Positions 1-8,144 of a stretch of 64,000 nt of DNA are shown piece after piece. The notes under the pieces are model-generated. The model ran no database searches. It was given only the letters and a program-made list of their open reading frames with translations, and was not told the origin of the DNA. The translations under genes were made by a program, and so were the position numbers. Numbering within the stretch: the stretch's first letter is position 1; each line of letters begins with the position of its first letter. Source of the DNA: Deltaproteobacteria bacterium (GTDB lineage: Bacteria; Myxococcota; Myxococcia; Myxococcales; 40CM-4-68-19); the NCBI GenBank assembly GCA_005879805.1, contig VBKL01000053.1:93520-157519 (forward strand), read 5' to 3'.

Positions 1-525
1 GGGCTCGCCTACGACGACATCCTGCGATCGGTGGACGCGGCGGAGAAGCTGCCTTTCGTCGAGCCGGGCCGCACCTGCGCCGCCGGCGCGTCGTACGGTG
101 GCTACATGGTCGACTGGATCGCGGGCCACACCGATCGCTTCCGCTGCCTCGTCTCGCACGACGGCGTCTACGACATCGCCGCCATGTACGGATCGACCGA
201 GGAGCTGTGGTTCCCCGAATTTGAAATGGGCGGTCCGCCTTGGGAGGTGCCGGAGACTTATCGGAAGTGGAGCCCGAGCACATATGCGAAGAACTTCCGC
301 ACACCGACCCTGGTCGTACAGGGCGAGCTCGACTTCCGCGTTCCCGTCGAGCAGGGGCTGGGAATGTTCACGGCGCTGCAGCGGCAGGGCGTGGAATCGC
401 GGCTGCTCTACTTCCCCGACGAGGGGCATTGGGTGCTGAAGCCTCGCAACAGCCAGCTCTGGTACCATACGGTATTCGACTGGATCCGCGCGCACTCCGC
501 CCCGCGCAAGCAGGCCAATCGATAA
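1..525 (+). CDS. S9 family serine peptidase (prolyl oligopeptidase/dipeptidyl peptidase type), C-terminal part; 5' end lies outside the window
   Basis: Frame 1 is open from nt 1. It carries the nucleophile elbow GASYGGYM (GxSxGG) and the catalytic His context DEGHW. Stop at 523-525. Confidence 0.85.
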   Translation, partial: GLAYDDILRSVDAAEKLPFVEPGRTCAAGASYGGYMVDWIAGHTDRFRCLVSHDGVYDIAAMYGSTEELWFPEFEMGGPPWEVPETYRKWSPSTYAKNFRTPTLVVQGELDFRVPVEQGLGMFTALQRQGVESRLLYFPDEGHWVLKPRNSQLWYHTVFDWIRAHSAPRKQANR

Positions 526-532
526 TCGGGAG

Positions 533-2716
533 ATGGACCGGATGCGAAAGCAGTTGATCGCCCTCGCGCTCCTCGCGGCCTGCTCGTCGGGACCTTCGCC
601 GAAGCCCGAGCCGGCAGGCCCGGCTCCCGCATCGGTTTCGCAAACCGACACCCGGAACAAGAATCCCGCCGAGGTCGCCGCCAGCTCCGGCGCACCGCCC
701 AGCTCGGTCCCGGGCACGCCGCCGCCGCTGCCCGCGCAGACGGGCGGAGGCGAATCGGTTCCTCCGCTCGTCCGCATGGGCGTCGACGAGTCGGCGATGG
801 ATACGACGGTCGATCCCTGCCAGGACTTCTACAAGTTCGCCTGCGGCAACTGGTTGAAGAACAACCCCATCCCGGGCGATCGCGCGACCTGGGGCCGTTC
901 CTTCACCACCATCGCCGAGCACAACGAGGCGATCCTCCGGCAGATCATGGAGGCCGACGCGCGCGGCGAGGCGGACCCGGCCGACCCGTACGCCAAGAAG
1001 GTCGGCGACTTCTACGCAACTTGCATGGACGAGGACAAGGCGGAGACCGCCTCGCTGCAAACGCTCCACGAGGTGCTCGACGAGGTGAACAAGTCGGGCG
1101 ACCCGAGATCCCTCGCCCAGTTGGTGGGAAGGCTCCACAACCGCGGGGCGGCGCCCTTCTTCAGCGTCATCGCGCAGCAGGACTTCAAGGACGCGAAGCA
1201 GGTGATCGGGTCGGCCAACCAGGGCGGCCTGGGACTTCCCGACCGCGATTACTACCTGCAGGACAACGAGAAGATGAAGGCGATCCGCGGGCAGTACCAG
1301 GAGCACGTCGCGAAGATGATGCGCCTCGTGGGCGGGACGGAATCGGAAGCCGCGCTCGAAGCGGCGAAGGTCATGAAGATCGAGACCGCGCTCGCCAGGG
1401 TCTCGCTCGAGCGCGTGAAGCTGCGCGATCCGTACAACCGCGACCACCGCATCGATCGCAAGGGCCTCGCCCAGAAGACGCCGCACTTCGACTGGATCGG
1501 CTACTTCGCCTCGCGCAACCATCCCGGGATCGAGGACATCAACGTCACCTGGCCTCCCTTCTTCGAAGGCTTCGACAATCTCCTCATGCAAACCAGCATG
1601 GACGACCTGCACACCTACGTGCGGTGGCGCGTGGTCCAGGCGGCGGCTCCCGCGCTCGGCAAGGCCTTCGTCGAGGAAGACTTCGACATGAACAGGATCC
1701 TCACCGGGCAGAAGCAGCTTGCGCCCCGGTGGCGGCGCTGCGTGATGGCGACCGACCGCGCCCTGGGCGAGGCGGTGGGCCGCACCTTCGCGGCGAAGAA
1801 CTTCGGCGATCAGGGTAAACAGGTGGCAAAGCAGATGATCGAAGGCATCGAGAACGCCTTCGAGCACAATCTGCAGAACGTCTCCTGGATGGACGACACG
1901 GCGCGGAAGGCCTCGGCCGACAAGCTGCGCAAGATCAAGAACAAGGTCGGCTTCCCGGAGAAGTGGCGGAACTACGACTCGATGCAGATCGATCGCACTT
2001 CCTACTTGCAGAATCTAATGTCGGCCGCGCGCTGGGCCTCGGACTACAACCTCGACAAGATCGGCAAGCCGGTGAACCGCGACGACTGGAACATGTCGCC
2101 TCCGACCGTGAACGCCTACTACAACGCCGGCCTGAACGAGATGGTCTTCCCCGCCGGAATCCTGCAGCCTCCCTTCTTCGCTCCCGACGCGGAGGCCGCG
2201 GCGAATCAAGCGGGCGGCGGCATGGTGATGGGCCACGAGCTGACCCACGGCTTCGACGACCAGGGGCGCAAGTTCGACGGCGACGGCAACCTGCGCGAAT
2301 GGTGGAGCAAGGAAGTCGGCGACAGGTACAAGGAGCGCGCCGAGTGCGTGGCGAAGCAGTATGACTCGTACATCGCGGTCGACGAGCTCCACGTCAACGG
2401 CCACTTGACGCTCGGCGAGAACATCGCCGACGTCGGCGGCCTCAAGCTGACTCTCGCGGCAATGCGGGCGCGCGCCCAGCAGAGCTCCGCCCATTCGAAG
2501 TTCAGCGGGGACCAGGCCCTCTTCCTCTCCTTCGCGCAAGACTGGTGCACCAACGTGACGCCCGAGACCCTGCGCCTGCGGGTCTCGACCGATCCCCACT
2601 CGCCGCAGCAGTGGCGGGTGAACGGTCCGGTCTCGGACAACCCCGACTTCGCCAAGGCCTTCTCGTGTAAGTTGGGGACTCCGATGAACCCGACCAATCG
2701 CTGCGAGGTCTGGTAG
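533..2716 (+). CDS. M13 family zinc metallopeptidase (neprilysin/PepO-like) lipoprotein
   Basis: 727-aa ORF. Lipobox LALLAAC. Zinc motifs VMGHELTHGFD (HExxH) and GENIADVGG (ExxxD). Confidence 0.93.
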   Translation: MDRMRKQLIALALLAACSSGPSPKPEPAGPAPASVSQTDTRNKNPAEVAASSGAPPSSVPGTPPPLPAQTGGGESVPPLVRMGVDESAMDTTVDPCQDFYKFACGNWLKNNPIPGDRATWGRSFTTIAEHNEAILRQIMEADARGEADPADPYAKKVGDFYATCMDEDKAETASLQTLHEVLDEVNKSGDPRSLAQLVGRLHNRGAAPFFSVIAQQDFKDAKQVIGSANQGGLGLPDRDYYLQDNEKMKAIRGQYQEHVAKMMRLVGGTESEAALEAAKVMKIETALARVSLERVKLRDPYNRDHRIDRKGLAQKTPHFDWIGYFASRNHPGIEDINVTWPPFFEGFDNLLMQTSMDDLHTYVRWRVVQAAAPALGKAFVEEDFDMNRILTGQKQLAPRWRRCVMATDRALGEAVGRTFAAKNFGDQGKQVAKQMIEGIENAFEHNLQNVSWMDDTARKASADKLRKIKNKVGFPEKWRNYDSMQIDRTSYLQNLMSAARWASDYNLDKIGKPVNRDDWNMSPPTVNAYYNAGLNEMVFPAGILQPPFFAPDAEAAANQAGGGMVMGHELTHGFDDQGRKFDGDGNLREWWSKEVGDRYKERAECVAKQYDSYIAVDELHVNGHLTLGENIADVGGLKLTLAAMRARAQQSSAHSKFSGDQALFLSFAQDWCTNVTPETLRLRVSTDPHSPQQWRVNGPVSDNPDFAKAFSCKLGTPMNPTNRCEVW

Positions 2717-2718
2717 CC

Positions 2719-3066
2719 ATGGACAATGCCACTCTTTCGGCCCTCGTCCACCAGCTCGTTCCCATCGTCGCCATCCTCATCACCTTCGGCTGTCCGGTTG
2801 CGATCGTCTGGACCGTGAAGCACTTCAAGCTCAAGGATCGTGAGCTGGAGCTGGAGGCGCAGCTGCACAGCAGGGAGCTGGAGCTTCGCCTGCGGACGCT
2901 CGAGGCGCGGCAGGGGGCGGTGGAGACGGCGCTCACCGCGATCGGCGCGAGGCCGGTCGTTCTTCCGCCCGTCGAGCAGCGCATGTCACTCCTCGAGCCG
3001 TCGAGCACGTCGACCGAGAGCGCCGAGGTGCAGCCGGCCGACCCTCAGCGCGTGCGCAACCGCTGA
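2719..3066 (+). CDS. hypothetical single-pass membrane protein with a coiled-coil-like tail
   Basis: ATG lies 3 nt after the M13 stop. One hydrophobic helix (LVPIVAILITFGCPVAIVW) is followed by ELELEAQLHSRELELRLRTLE. Codons are GC3-rich. No family recognised. Confidence 0.55.
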   Translation: MDNATLSALVHQLVPIVAILITFGCPVAIVWTVKHFKLKDRELELEAQLHSRELELRLRTLEARQGAVETALTAIGARPVVLPPVEQRMSLLEPSSTSTESAEVQPADPQRVRNR

Positions 3067-3105
3067 AGGCGGCTCAACCCGCCTCGAGGAGGTCGAGGAT
3101 CTTCT

Positions 3106-3489
3106 TCATCCCGAGGGTTTCGACCACTGTAACCAGCCTACTTTGTTGAAGAGCTCGAACACGCCCGCCGTGAGGACGGCTACGCCGATGGAAGAAGCGA
3201 GATCGGTCCTCACCTCCGGTCCCCGGCCATTGTGCAAGCAGCACTCGTGAATGAGCTTGAGGCCCGAGTAGACACCGGTGGTGGTCCACATCCCTCGCCG
3301 GCCACCGAGGCGCTCGCCGAAGGTCACGATGAAGGCGCTCGAGGTCGCGTGCGCGCTGGCATTGGTCACCGCGACGGCGTTTCCGCGCAGATTGAAGACG
3401 GGACCAGAGCTGAAGAGAGGAAGATTCGGCTGATGCGGAGGCCACACGATCTCTCCGCTCCCCAGCAGCAACAACAACGCCAGCAACAT
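3106..3489 (-). CDS. hypothetical exported protein
   Basis: 127-aa ORF with a signal-like N-terminus MLLALLLLLGSG. No catalytic motif recognised. Confidence 0.45.
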   Translation of the reverse strand: MLLALLLLLGSGEIVWPPHQPNLPLFSSGPVFNLRGNAVAVTNASAHATSSAFIVTFGERLGGRRGMWTTTGVYSGLKLIHECCLHNGRGPEVRTDLASSIGVAVLTAGVFELFNKVGWLQWSKPSG

Positions 3490-3515
3490 CCCCCTACCCC
3501 TCCCCCGTAACCCCC
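3490..3515 (-). promoter_or_regulatory. G-quadruplex-forming motif directly abutting the start codon of the 3106..3489 gene
   Basis: The minus strand reads GGGGG-TTAC-GGGGG-A-GGGG-TA-GGGGG-ATG. That is four G-runs of at least 4 with loops of 4, 1 and 2 nt. It overlaps the only possible Shine-Dalgarno region. Confidence 0.6.
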
Positions 3516-3657
3516 AACCGCTGGGGCGCCCGAAAAAAAATTACGCATGATGTGTGGCCGGGCAACTTCCTCGAAGGTCCGGCGTGCGTTCCGCTACGGG
3601 GACACGCGGACCCGGAGAGGGAGTGAACGAGCGAGGGCTCAGAGCGTCGGGGCGGCT

Positions 3658-4167
3658 CTACTTGCGTGGCGGAACGTCGATCACGTGGTCCTGGTGCTCG
3701 GTGCTGCCGGGCGAAGCGAGGCTGAGCTTGATCGGCTGCGGGTACAAGTACCCCTGCGGGCCACCGATGGTCTCAGTAACGACGATCTGATCGCGCTCGA
3801 TCGACGTGACCTTGCCCCAGTTGTTGCCGACGTAGTCGCCGATGCGCACGAGCCAGGCGCGACTGTCGGGGGCCAGGAGGACGGCGCTTGGAGAAGCGGT
3901 GCCGGTCACTGTGCCCTTCAGGCTGAACTGATCGACGGGCCATTGCTGGATCGGCGTGGTCCCGCCGAGGTGGGCAGTCATGAACGGGTCGCGCTTGCCG
4001 ACCGGCGAGTAGACGTACAAGGCGTCCGTCCTGGGCGCGGACTGGGACGCGCTCGTAAGGTCCACGGTGGCCAGGCGCACCGGCGGGGGCGGCGCGGCCG
4101 GGGTATGCCGGGTTCCGCAAGCGGCGACGGAAATCGCAATTGCGAAGAGCGTGAGGATACGAGGCAT
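3658..4167 (-). CDS. PilP-like lipoprotein (type IV pilus assembly PilP family), orphan copy
   Basis: 169 aa. Lipobox ISVAAC, a Pro-rich linker, a DPF motif, then a beta-rich C-terminal domain (LKGTV...AVLLAPD...WLVRIGDYVG...GKVTSIERDQIVV). This fits the PilP architecture as I recall it. No pilMNOQ genes are nearby. Confidence 0.65.
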   Translation of the reverse strand: MPRILTLFAIAISVAACGTRHTPAAPPPPVRLATVDLTSASQSAPRTDALYVYSPVGKRDPFMTAHLGGTTPIQQWPVDQFSLKGTVTGTASPSAVLLAPDSRAWLVRIGDYVGNNWGKVTSIERDQIVVTETIGGPQGYLYPQPIKLSLASPGSTEHQDHVIDVPPRK

Positions 4168-4211
4168 CTTTGCACCCTGCGCGCGGGCTCCGCGCTGGAG
4201 CGAAGTCTACA

Positions 4212-4511
4212 CTACTCCCAGCGGTCCTTCTCTTTCCCTTCCTGGATTGTCTGCCATTGCATGTTCGAAGGGCGGTCCCGGCCACCACGCTTGAGCGGGA
4301 TGACGTGGTCGACGATGTATCCGGGGCAGGCACCCGACTTGCGACCAGTGGAGGGACAGGGGTTCTGCTGCATGAACCGCCGCCGCTGCTCGGGGTCGCG
4401 CTTGAGGCGGTCGTGGTGTCCAGGATGGTGGGGCGTCGCACGCCGGCGCGCCTGCGCGGCCTCGGGGGTAAAGGCGAGGAGACCAGCGACGACGAGCGCG
4501 CCGATGCGCAT
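4212..4511 (-). CDS. small secreted HNH-endonuclease-signature protein
   Basis: 99 aa with a signal peptide. CPSTGRKSGACPGYIVDHVIPLKRGGRDRPSNMQWQT carries the DH...N...N core of HNH proteins. Confidence 0.7.
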   Translation of the reverse strand: MRIGALVVAGLLAFTPEAAQARRRATPHHPGHHDRLKRDPEQRRRFMQQNPCPSTGRKSGACPGYIVDHVIPLKRGGRDRPSNMQWQTIQEGKEKDRWE

Positions 4512-4639
4512 GGAGAAGTACGGTACCGCGCGCGTGTGGCGCTGTCAGCGCGTTACGCCGCGTTCGGTTCGGACGCCGACTGTGCGGCGTGCGGTTCGAA
4601 TCCTGGCATCTTGATTGGGCGGTATCTGCCTGCACCGCA

Positions 4640-4657
4640 ACTTGCCCCGGGGCAAGT
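4640..4657. repeat. perfect 18-nt palindrome ACTTGCCCCGGGGCAAGT, 85 nt upstream of selC
   Basis: Self-complementary over all 18 nt when read directly. It could be a hairpin or a dimeric-protein operator. Confidence 0.6.
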
Positions 4658-4741
4658 GGGAATCGGAGACCCGACCGGGACAGATGGTGCGCTGCCAATT
4701 TTCTTCTCGGCGCTGCGGAGGAAGCTGTTAGATTCGGCGAC

Positions 4742-4840
4742 GGTAGCGCGTCCGGATCTGGTGACCGGCCCGGTCTTCAAAACCGGTGGCACGTGCTGAG
4801 AGGCATGTTCGGTGGGTTCGATTCCCATGCGCTACCGCCA
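4742..4840 (+). tRNA. selC: tRNA-Sec (anticodon UCA)
   Basis: 99 nt. The 8-bp acceptor is GGTAGCGC/GCGCTACC, followed by discriminator G and an encoded CCA. The anticodon arm is CCGGT-CTTCAAA-ACCGG. The long variable arm is ACGTGC-TGAGAG-GCATGT. The T arm is GTGGG-TTCGATT-CCCAT. This is the 8/5 geometry typical of bacterial tRNA-Sec. Confidence 0.9.
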
Positions 4841-4891
4841 CTACCTTCCTGAGCTACCTTCTGTTTTCTTCTGACGCAGTCCCGCTCTCCC

Positions 4892-5069
4892 CTACTTCTC
4901 TTCCCAGACGACGAGCTCCAGCAACCGGATCGGGCTTTCCTTGGCTGCGGGGCTCAGGTGCATGTATCGCTGCGTAGTGGTCGGGCTCGCATGGCCGGCG
5001 AGCTCCTGGATCGCCTTCGTCGTCGCGCCTCGGATTGCCGAGGCGCGAGCAGAACGTGTGCCGCAGAAT
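4892..5069 (-). pseudogene. tyrosine recombinase/integrase, 3'-terminal remnant with a 1-nt frameshift
   Basis: The reverse strand reads ILRHTFCSRL in one frame. After one extra nt at about 5039 it reads AIRGATTKAIQELAGHASPTTTQRYMHLSPAAKE...stop in another frame. These are the R-H...Y catalytic C-terminus of phage-type integrases. No N-terminal or core domain lies upstream. Confidence 0.75.
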
Positions 5070-5138
5070 CCACCTATGGCTGCATCGCACGGCGTCGGCC
5101 CGGATGCCGCGGTGACGACCGAGATTTACACTACACAG

Positions 5139-5459
5139 ATGACTCCTGGTGAGCGACGCTTCGACGAGGTGCTCTTGGCTCTTCGCGATATGTTTATGCG
5201 CGCGCAGGGGTCTTCGCCTATCATGCTTGAGGATCTGATCGATCCGACAGTGCGCCGAGAGCCGCGAACGCTGAATTACCTGGTCGCTTCGGCATCGGGC
5301 ACCTTGCAGGACCGGTACTTCACGCCTGCCAACGGGGATAAAATCACCGGGAACGAGAAGGATGAGTTCAATGCTCGGTATCGTGCCCTGCTCGACGAAG
5401 CGGTCGAGCTTGCTTGGCGCCTCTCGTTGCCAGCAGCTCGCGACCGATTCCGCCGGTAG
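5139..5459 (+). CDS. hypothetical protein (lower-GC orphan ORF next to the integrase remnant)
   Basis: ATG at 5139, 106 codons. GC is locally lower than in the flanks. No family recognised. Confidence 0.35.
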   Translation: MTPGERRFDEVLLALRDMFMRAQGSSPIMLEDLIDPTVRREPRTLNYLVASASGTLQDRYFTPANGDKITGNEKDEFNARYRALLDEAVELAWRLSLPAARDRFRR

Positions 5460-5559
5460 CTGATTGCGGGCACGGCGACGATTCATTGTCCGGAGCACTG
5501 CGCCCGCTGCGGAGAGATCAAGACTGCGTGCCCGGCGAGCTCCGGGATCGCCTTGGTCG

Positions 5560-5799
5560 TTATCTACCCGCGCCCCTCACTATCTCGACGAGCGCCGCGA
5601 GCTCCTCGCGGCAACTGGCGCAGAGCCTCTCGTGAGCGCAGGCCTTCTCGAGCCCTTCCGGGACCGCGCGGCCCTCGGCCCGAACCTCGGCGTACTCCGC
5701 CATGAGCGACAGGAAGTCGTCGCAGTCGATCTCGACGTCGCGCGTCTCGCGTGACGCGTTGAGAAGAGACCGCACTTGTTCGTCGCGAAGTCGCATCAT
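5560..5799 (-). CDS. RsrA-like zinc-binding anti-sigma factor (ZAS family)
   Basis: 79 aa. The Cys/His pattern DC-x29-H-x3-C-x2-C (IDCDDFLSLMAEY...CAHERLCASC) parallels the RsrA pattern C11...H37xxxC41xxC44. The start lies 5 nt downstream of the ECF sigma stop. Confidence 0.75.
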   Translation of the reverse strand: MMRLRDEQVRSLLNASRETRDVEIDCDDFLSLMAEYAEVRAEGRAVPEGLEKACAHERLCASCREELAALVEIVRGAGR

Positions 5800-5803
5800 G
5801 TCC

Positions 5804-6418
5804 TCACTCGAAAACCCAGAGTACGTCGGCCTCGCAGATCCCCAGCGCCTCGAGGTGCACCTTCACGCTCTTCCGCGCGTCATGACTCAGCTTATAGAGC
5901 GCGTTTTGCTTCATACCGAGCCGCTCCGCGATCTCCGCGTGTGGCATCCCTTCGAGCTCGGCCACGAGCACCGCGCGCTGCTTCTCCGTCAGTTTCCCCG
6001 CGATGACGTCCGCGAGCGCGCGCAGGACGCGCTCGCGCACCGCGCTCCGCTCTTGCGTCGCCTCCACCCGCGGCTCGAACACGAGAGGCGAACGCGCCCC
6101 CTCGAGCATCGCGTCGAAGGAGACGTCCCTCCACCGCTTGTGACGGAGGTCGTCGAAGGCGATGCGCATGGCGATCGAGAGCGCCCAGGTGGTGAACCGG
6201 CTCTCCCCCCGGAACCCACCGAGCCGCTCGCGAACGCGGAGGAGCGCCTCTTGCGCGAAGTCTTCGCAGAGATCCTCGTCCGCACCGCGCGCCGTGAGCA
6301 CTCTCATGAGCCCGGTGACGAGGACCTCGCGCAGATCGCGACGCGCGGCTTCCCCGTCGGCGCCGTCGTCCGCGATCGCGCGAACCCACTCGGCGTTCTC
6401 GCGGGGCGCTCGCCTCAT
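5804..6418 (-). CDS. ECF-type RNA polymerase sigma-70 family factor
   Basis: The region 2 motif is DLCEDFAQEALLRV...FRGESRFTTWALSIAMRIAFDDLR. The region 4 HTH is TEKQRAVLVAELEGMPHAEIAERLGMKQNALYKLSHDARKSV. I chose the ATG at 6418; the 357-aa ORF extension upstream is not sigma-like. Confidence 0.88.
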   Translation of the reverse strand: MRRAPRENAEWVRAIADDGADGEAARRDLREVLVTGLMRVLTARGADEDLCEDFAQEALLRVRERLGGFRGESRFTTWALSIAMRIAFDDLRHKRWRDVSFDAMLEGARSPLVFEPRVEATQERSAVRERVLRALADVIAGKLTEKQRAVLVAELEGMPHAEIAERLGMKQNALYKLSHDARKSVKVHLEALGICEADVLWVFE

Positions 6419-6604
6419 CTGGACGACCGTATCAGAGCAAAGTTGGTCGGGGAGAACGGCGCTCGCGGAGCTCACGTGCTGTACGACGAGCCGAGTGGGG
6501 AGGATCTTACGCGCCCGGTGGCTGGGTAAGAAATCGCATCGTCGGATCGTCGAAGGAACCGAGCAGACGGCCGTGATCGTCGCTCGGAAAGGTTCCGCCA
6601 CCCC

Positions 6605-7291
6605 ATGTCCAGCACCAACGCTCCCATCGCCGATCATCTCCTGGCTGATCGTGTCGCCGCATTTCACACCGAGCTCGCGAAGCAGGCGCCGGCCGAGGTC
6701 GTAAGGGCCCTGGTCAGCGAGATCGACGGCGTCGTGCGCTCCGGCGCTGGCGCAAAGGCGCCGCGTGTCGGGGACACGGCGCCGTCGTTCACGCTTCCCG
6801 ACGCCCAGGGCAAGCAGGTGTCGCTCGACTCGCTTCTGAAAGAGGGCCGCGTCGTGATCGCCTTCTACCGCGGTCAATGGTGCCCCTATTGCGACCTGCA
6901 GCTGCGCGCCTACCAGGAGGTCCTTCCGCGAATCAAGGCGCTCGGCGCGAACCTCGTCGCGATCTCTCCGCAGACGCCAGACGAGAGCCTGTCGACGGCA
7001 GAGAAGCGAAAGCTCGAGTTTCGCGTACTCTCGGACGCCGGCAACAAGGTCGCCCGGGGCTACGGGCTCGTGTGGAAGGTGCCGGCTGGTCTCGATGCGA
7101 TCCAGAAGGGCTTCGGCATCAACCTGGCGAAGTCGAATGGCGACGCCTCGAACGAGCTACCGGTTCCGGGGACCTTCGTCTTGGGAGCTGATGGCCGGAT
7201 CGCCTTCAGCTACGTGAATGCCGACTGGCGCGAGCGGCTCGAGCCCGCCGGGATCATCCGCGCCCTCGAAAGACTCGGGAGGGACGAGTGA
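6605..7291 (+). CDS. AhpC/TSA-family redoxin (peroxiredoxin-like, WCPYC active site)
   Basis: 228 aa. VGDTAPSFTLPDAQGKQVSL...VVIAFYRGQWCPYCDLQL is a thioredoxin-fold Prx-like motif. It is divergent from the ECF/ZAS pair. Confidence 0.85.
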   Translation: MSSTNAPIADHLLADRVAAFHTELAKQAPAEVVRALVSEIDGVVRSGAGAKAPRVGDTAPSFTLPDAQGKQVSLDSLLKEGRVVIAFYRGQWCPYCDLQLRAYQEVLPRIKALGANLVAISPQTPDESLSTAEKRKLEFRVLSDAGNKVARGYGLVWKVPAGLDAIQKGFGINLAKSNGDASNELPVPGTFVLGADGRIAFSYVNADWRERLEPAGIIRALERLGRDE

Positions 7292-7310
7292 GCGGTGTGC
7301 GGGCGGGCGC

Positions 7311-7460
7311 TCAGAGTGGACGCCGCCCCTGGATGATCCGGATCAGCACCACGACGATCGCGAGCACCAGCAGGATGTGGATGAACCCTCCTATCGTGTA
7401 CGAGCTGACGAGCCCCAGAGCCCAGAGCACGATGAGGATGATCGCGATGGTCCACAGCAT
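7311..7460 (-). CDS. small two-helix membrane protein (lmo0937/DUF5670-like)
   Basis: 49 aa, hand-translated as MLWTIAIILIVLWALGLVSSYTIGGFIHILLVLAIVVVLIRIIQGRRPL. It is below the ORF-track length cutoff. Confidence 0.6.
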   Translation of the reverse strand: MLWTIAIILIVLWALGLVSSYTIGGFIHILLVLAIVVVLIRIIQGRRPL

Positions 7461-7523
7461 GTTGCTACTGTAGCAGAACCATTTTCGAGGGGAGATTGCC
7501 GATCGCTGAGCGCGCTGCAGATC

Positions 7524-7892
7524 TCAGTTCGGGCGCGCCTTCAAGTAAAGCGGCCGATCGACTAGCGGGCACCAGTCGGGCCGCTGCGTCGCGACGTAGG
7601 CTACGGCCCGTCCTGCCACGGTGGGATGCTGGCAGGTCGAGCCCTTGCGTTCGAAGAGCGCGCATTCGTCGCAGGAAGAAACGAAAGTTGGCTCACCGCG
7701 AAGCTCCTTGCGGAGCCAATCGCAATTTCCCAAAGCCGAGTCGTTGAGAAGGCCGGCGATCTGCTCCAACCGGACGCGATTGCCGTAAGTGAAGATCGCC
7801 CGCCAGTTGGTTCCGTCAACCGTCTTGAGTATTTGATCGCCATCCACCTTGTAGGTGGCAAGCCGGCCGCGCTCTAGCTCGAACGGATCCAA
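7524..7892 (-). CDS. hypothetical Cys-containing protein
   Basis: 122-aa ORF with a TTG start. GC is somewhat lower than the flanks. Five Cys residues. No family recognised. Confidence 0.45.
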   Translation of the reverse strand: MDPFELERGRLATYKVDGDQILKTVDGTNWRAIFTYGNRVRLEQIAGLLNDSALGNCDWLRKELRGEPTFVSSCDECALFERKGSTCQHPTVAGRAVAYVATQRPDWCPLVDRPLYLKARPN

Positions 7893-8144
7893 GTCAAATT
7901 GAGATTGCTCCGCCCCAGGTAACGTTGCAAGGGCGAGCTTCGTGACCCCGCCTGGCGATGTGCGCGTTTTCCTGCGCGGTTGCTACCCTTGGTCGTTTCG
8001 TCGGCGGGGCGACGATCGGGCCCTCGGCCGGCGCCGCGGTAGCCGGAACTCCAAGAACGACCTAGCGGGGTGTGCGGATCGACTACCCGCTAAAGTTCCG
8101 GTTCCTGGGGCCGATCTCCTTCGCGCACCCGGGCCCGAGAGAAC

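Noticed and set aside
368-1867. 499-aa ORF antisense to the M13 peptidase gene. The same applies to the other very long antisense or alternate-frame ORFs in the track: 8531..10303, 10472..12268, 12310..13896, 13913..15976, 16155..18281, 27369..29030, 29608..31107, 34189..35949, 38014..39546, 50404..52713, 51185..52972, 43943..45466 and 54053..55516.
   Set aside because: They are Arg/Ala/Gly/Pro-rich, low-complexity translations with no motifs. Each lies opposite or out of frame to a gene with clear family signatures. These are the classic shadow ORFs of GC-rich DNA.
3106-3489. Possible PagL/acyloxyacyl hydrolase assignment for the exported 127-aa protein
   Set aside because: It is too short, and the H-x-S-N-G-type catalytic motif is not actually present (LHNGRG only). 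I left it as hypothetical.
3517-3540. GGGCGCCC palindrome plus A8 as a terminator for the PilP-like gene
   Set aside because: On the minus strand the T-run precedes the tiny stem rather than following it, and on the plus strand there is no upstream gene. It is more likely promoter/UP-element context for the 3489 gene.
4700-4741. Promoter for selC (TAGATT at 4729-4734)
   Set aside because: The -10-like hexamer is plausibly placed, but no convincing -35 element is present, so it was not reported as a feature.
4854-5498. 214-aa ORF next to tRNA-Sec as an intact gene
   Set aside because: Only its short LRHTF segment is integrase-like, and the true integrase C-terminus continues in another frame. 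The rest has no coding signature and overlaps a more plausible plus-strand orphan ORF.
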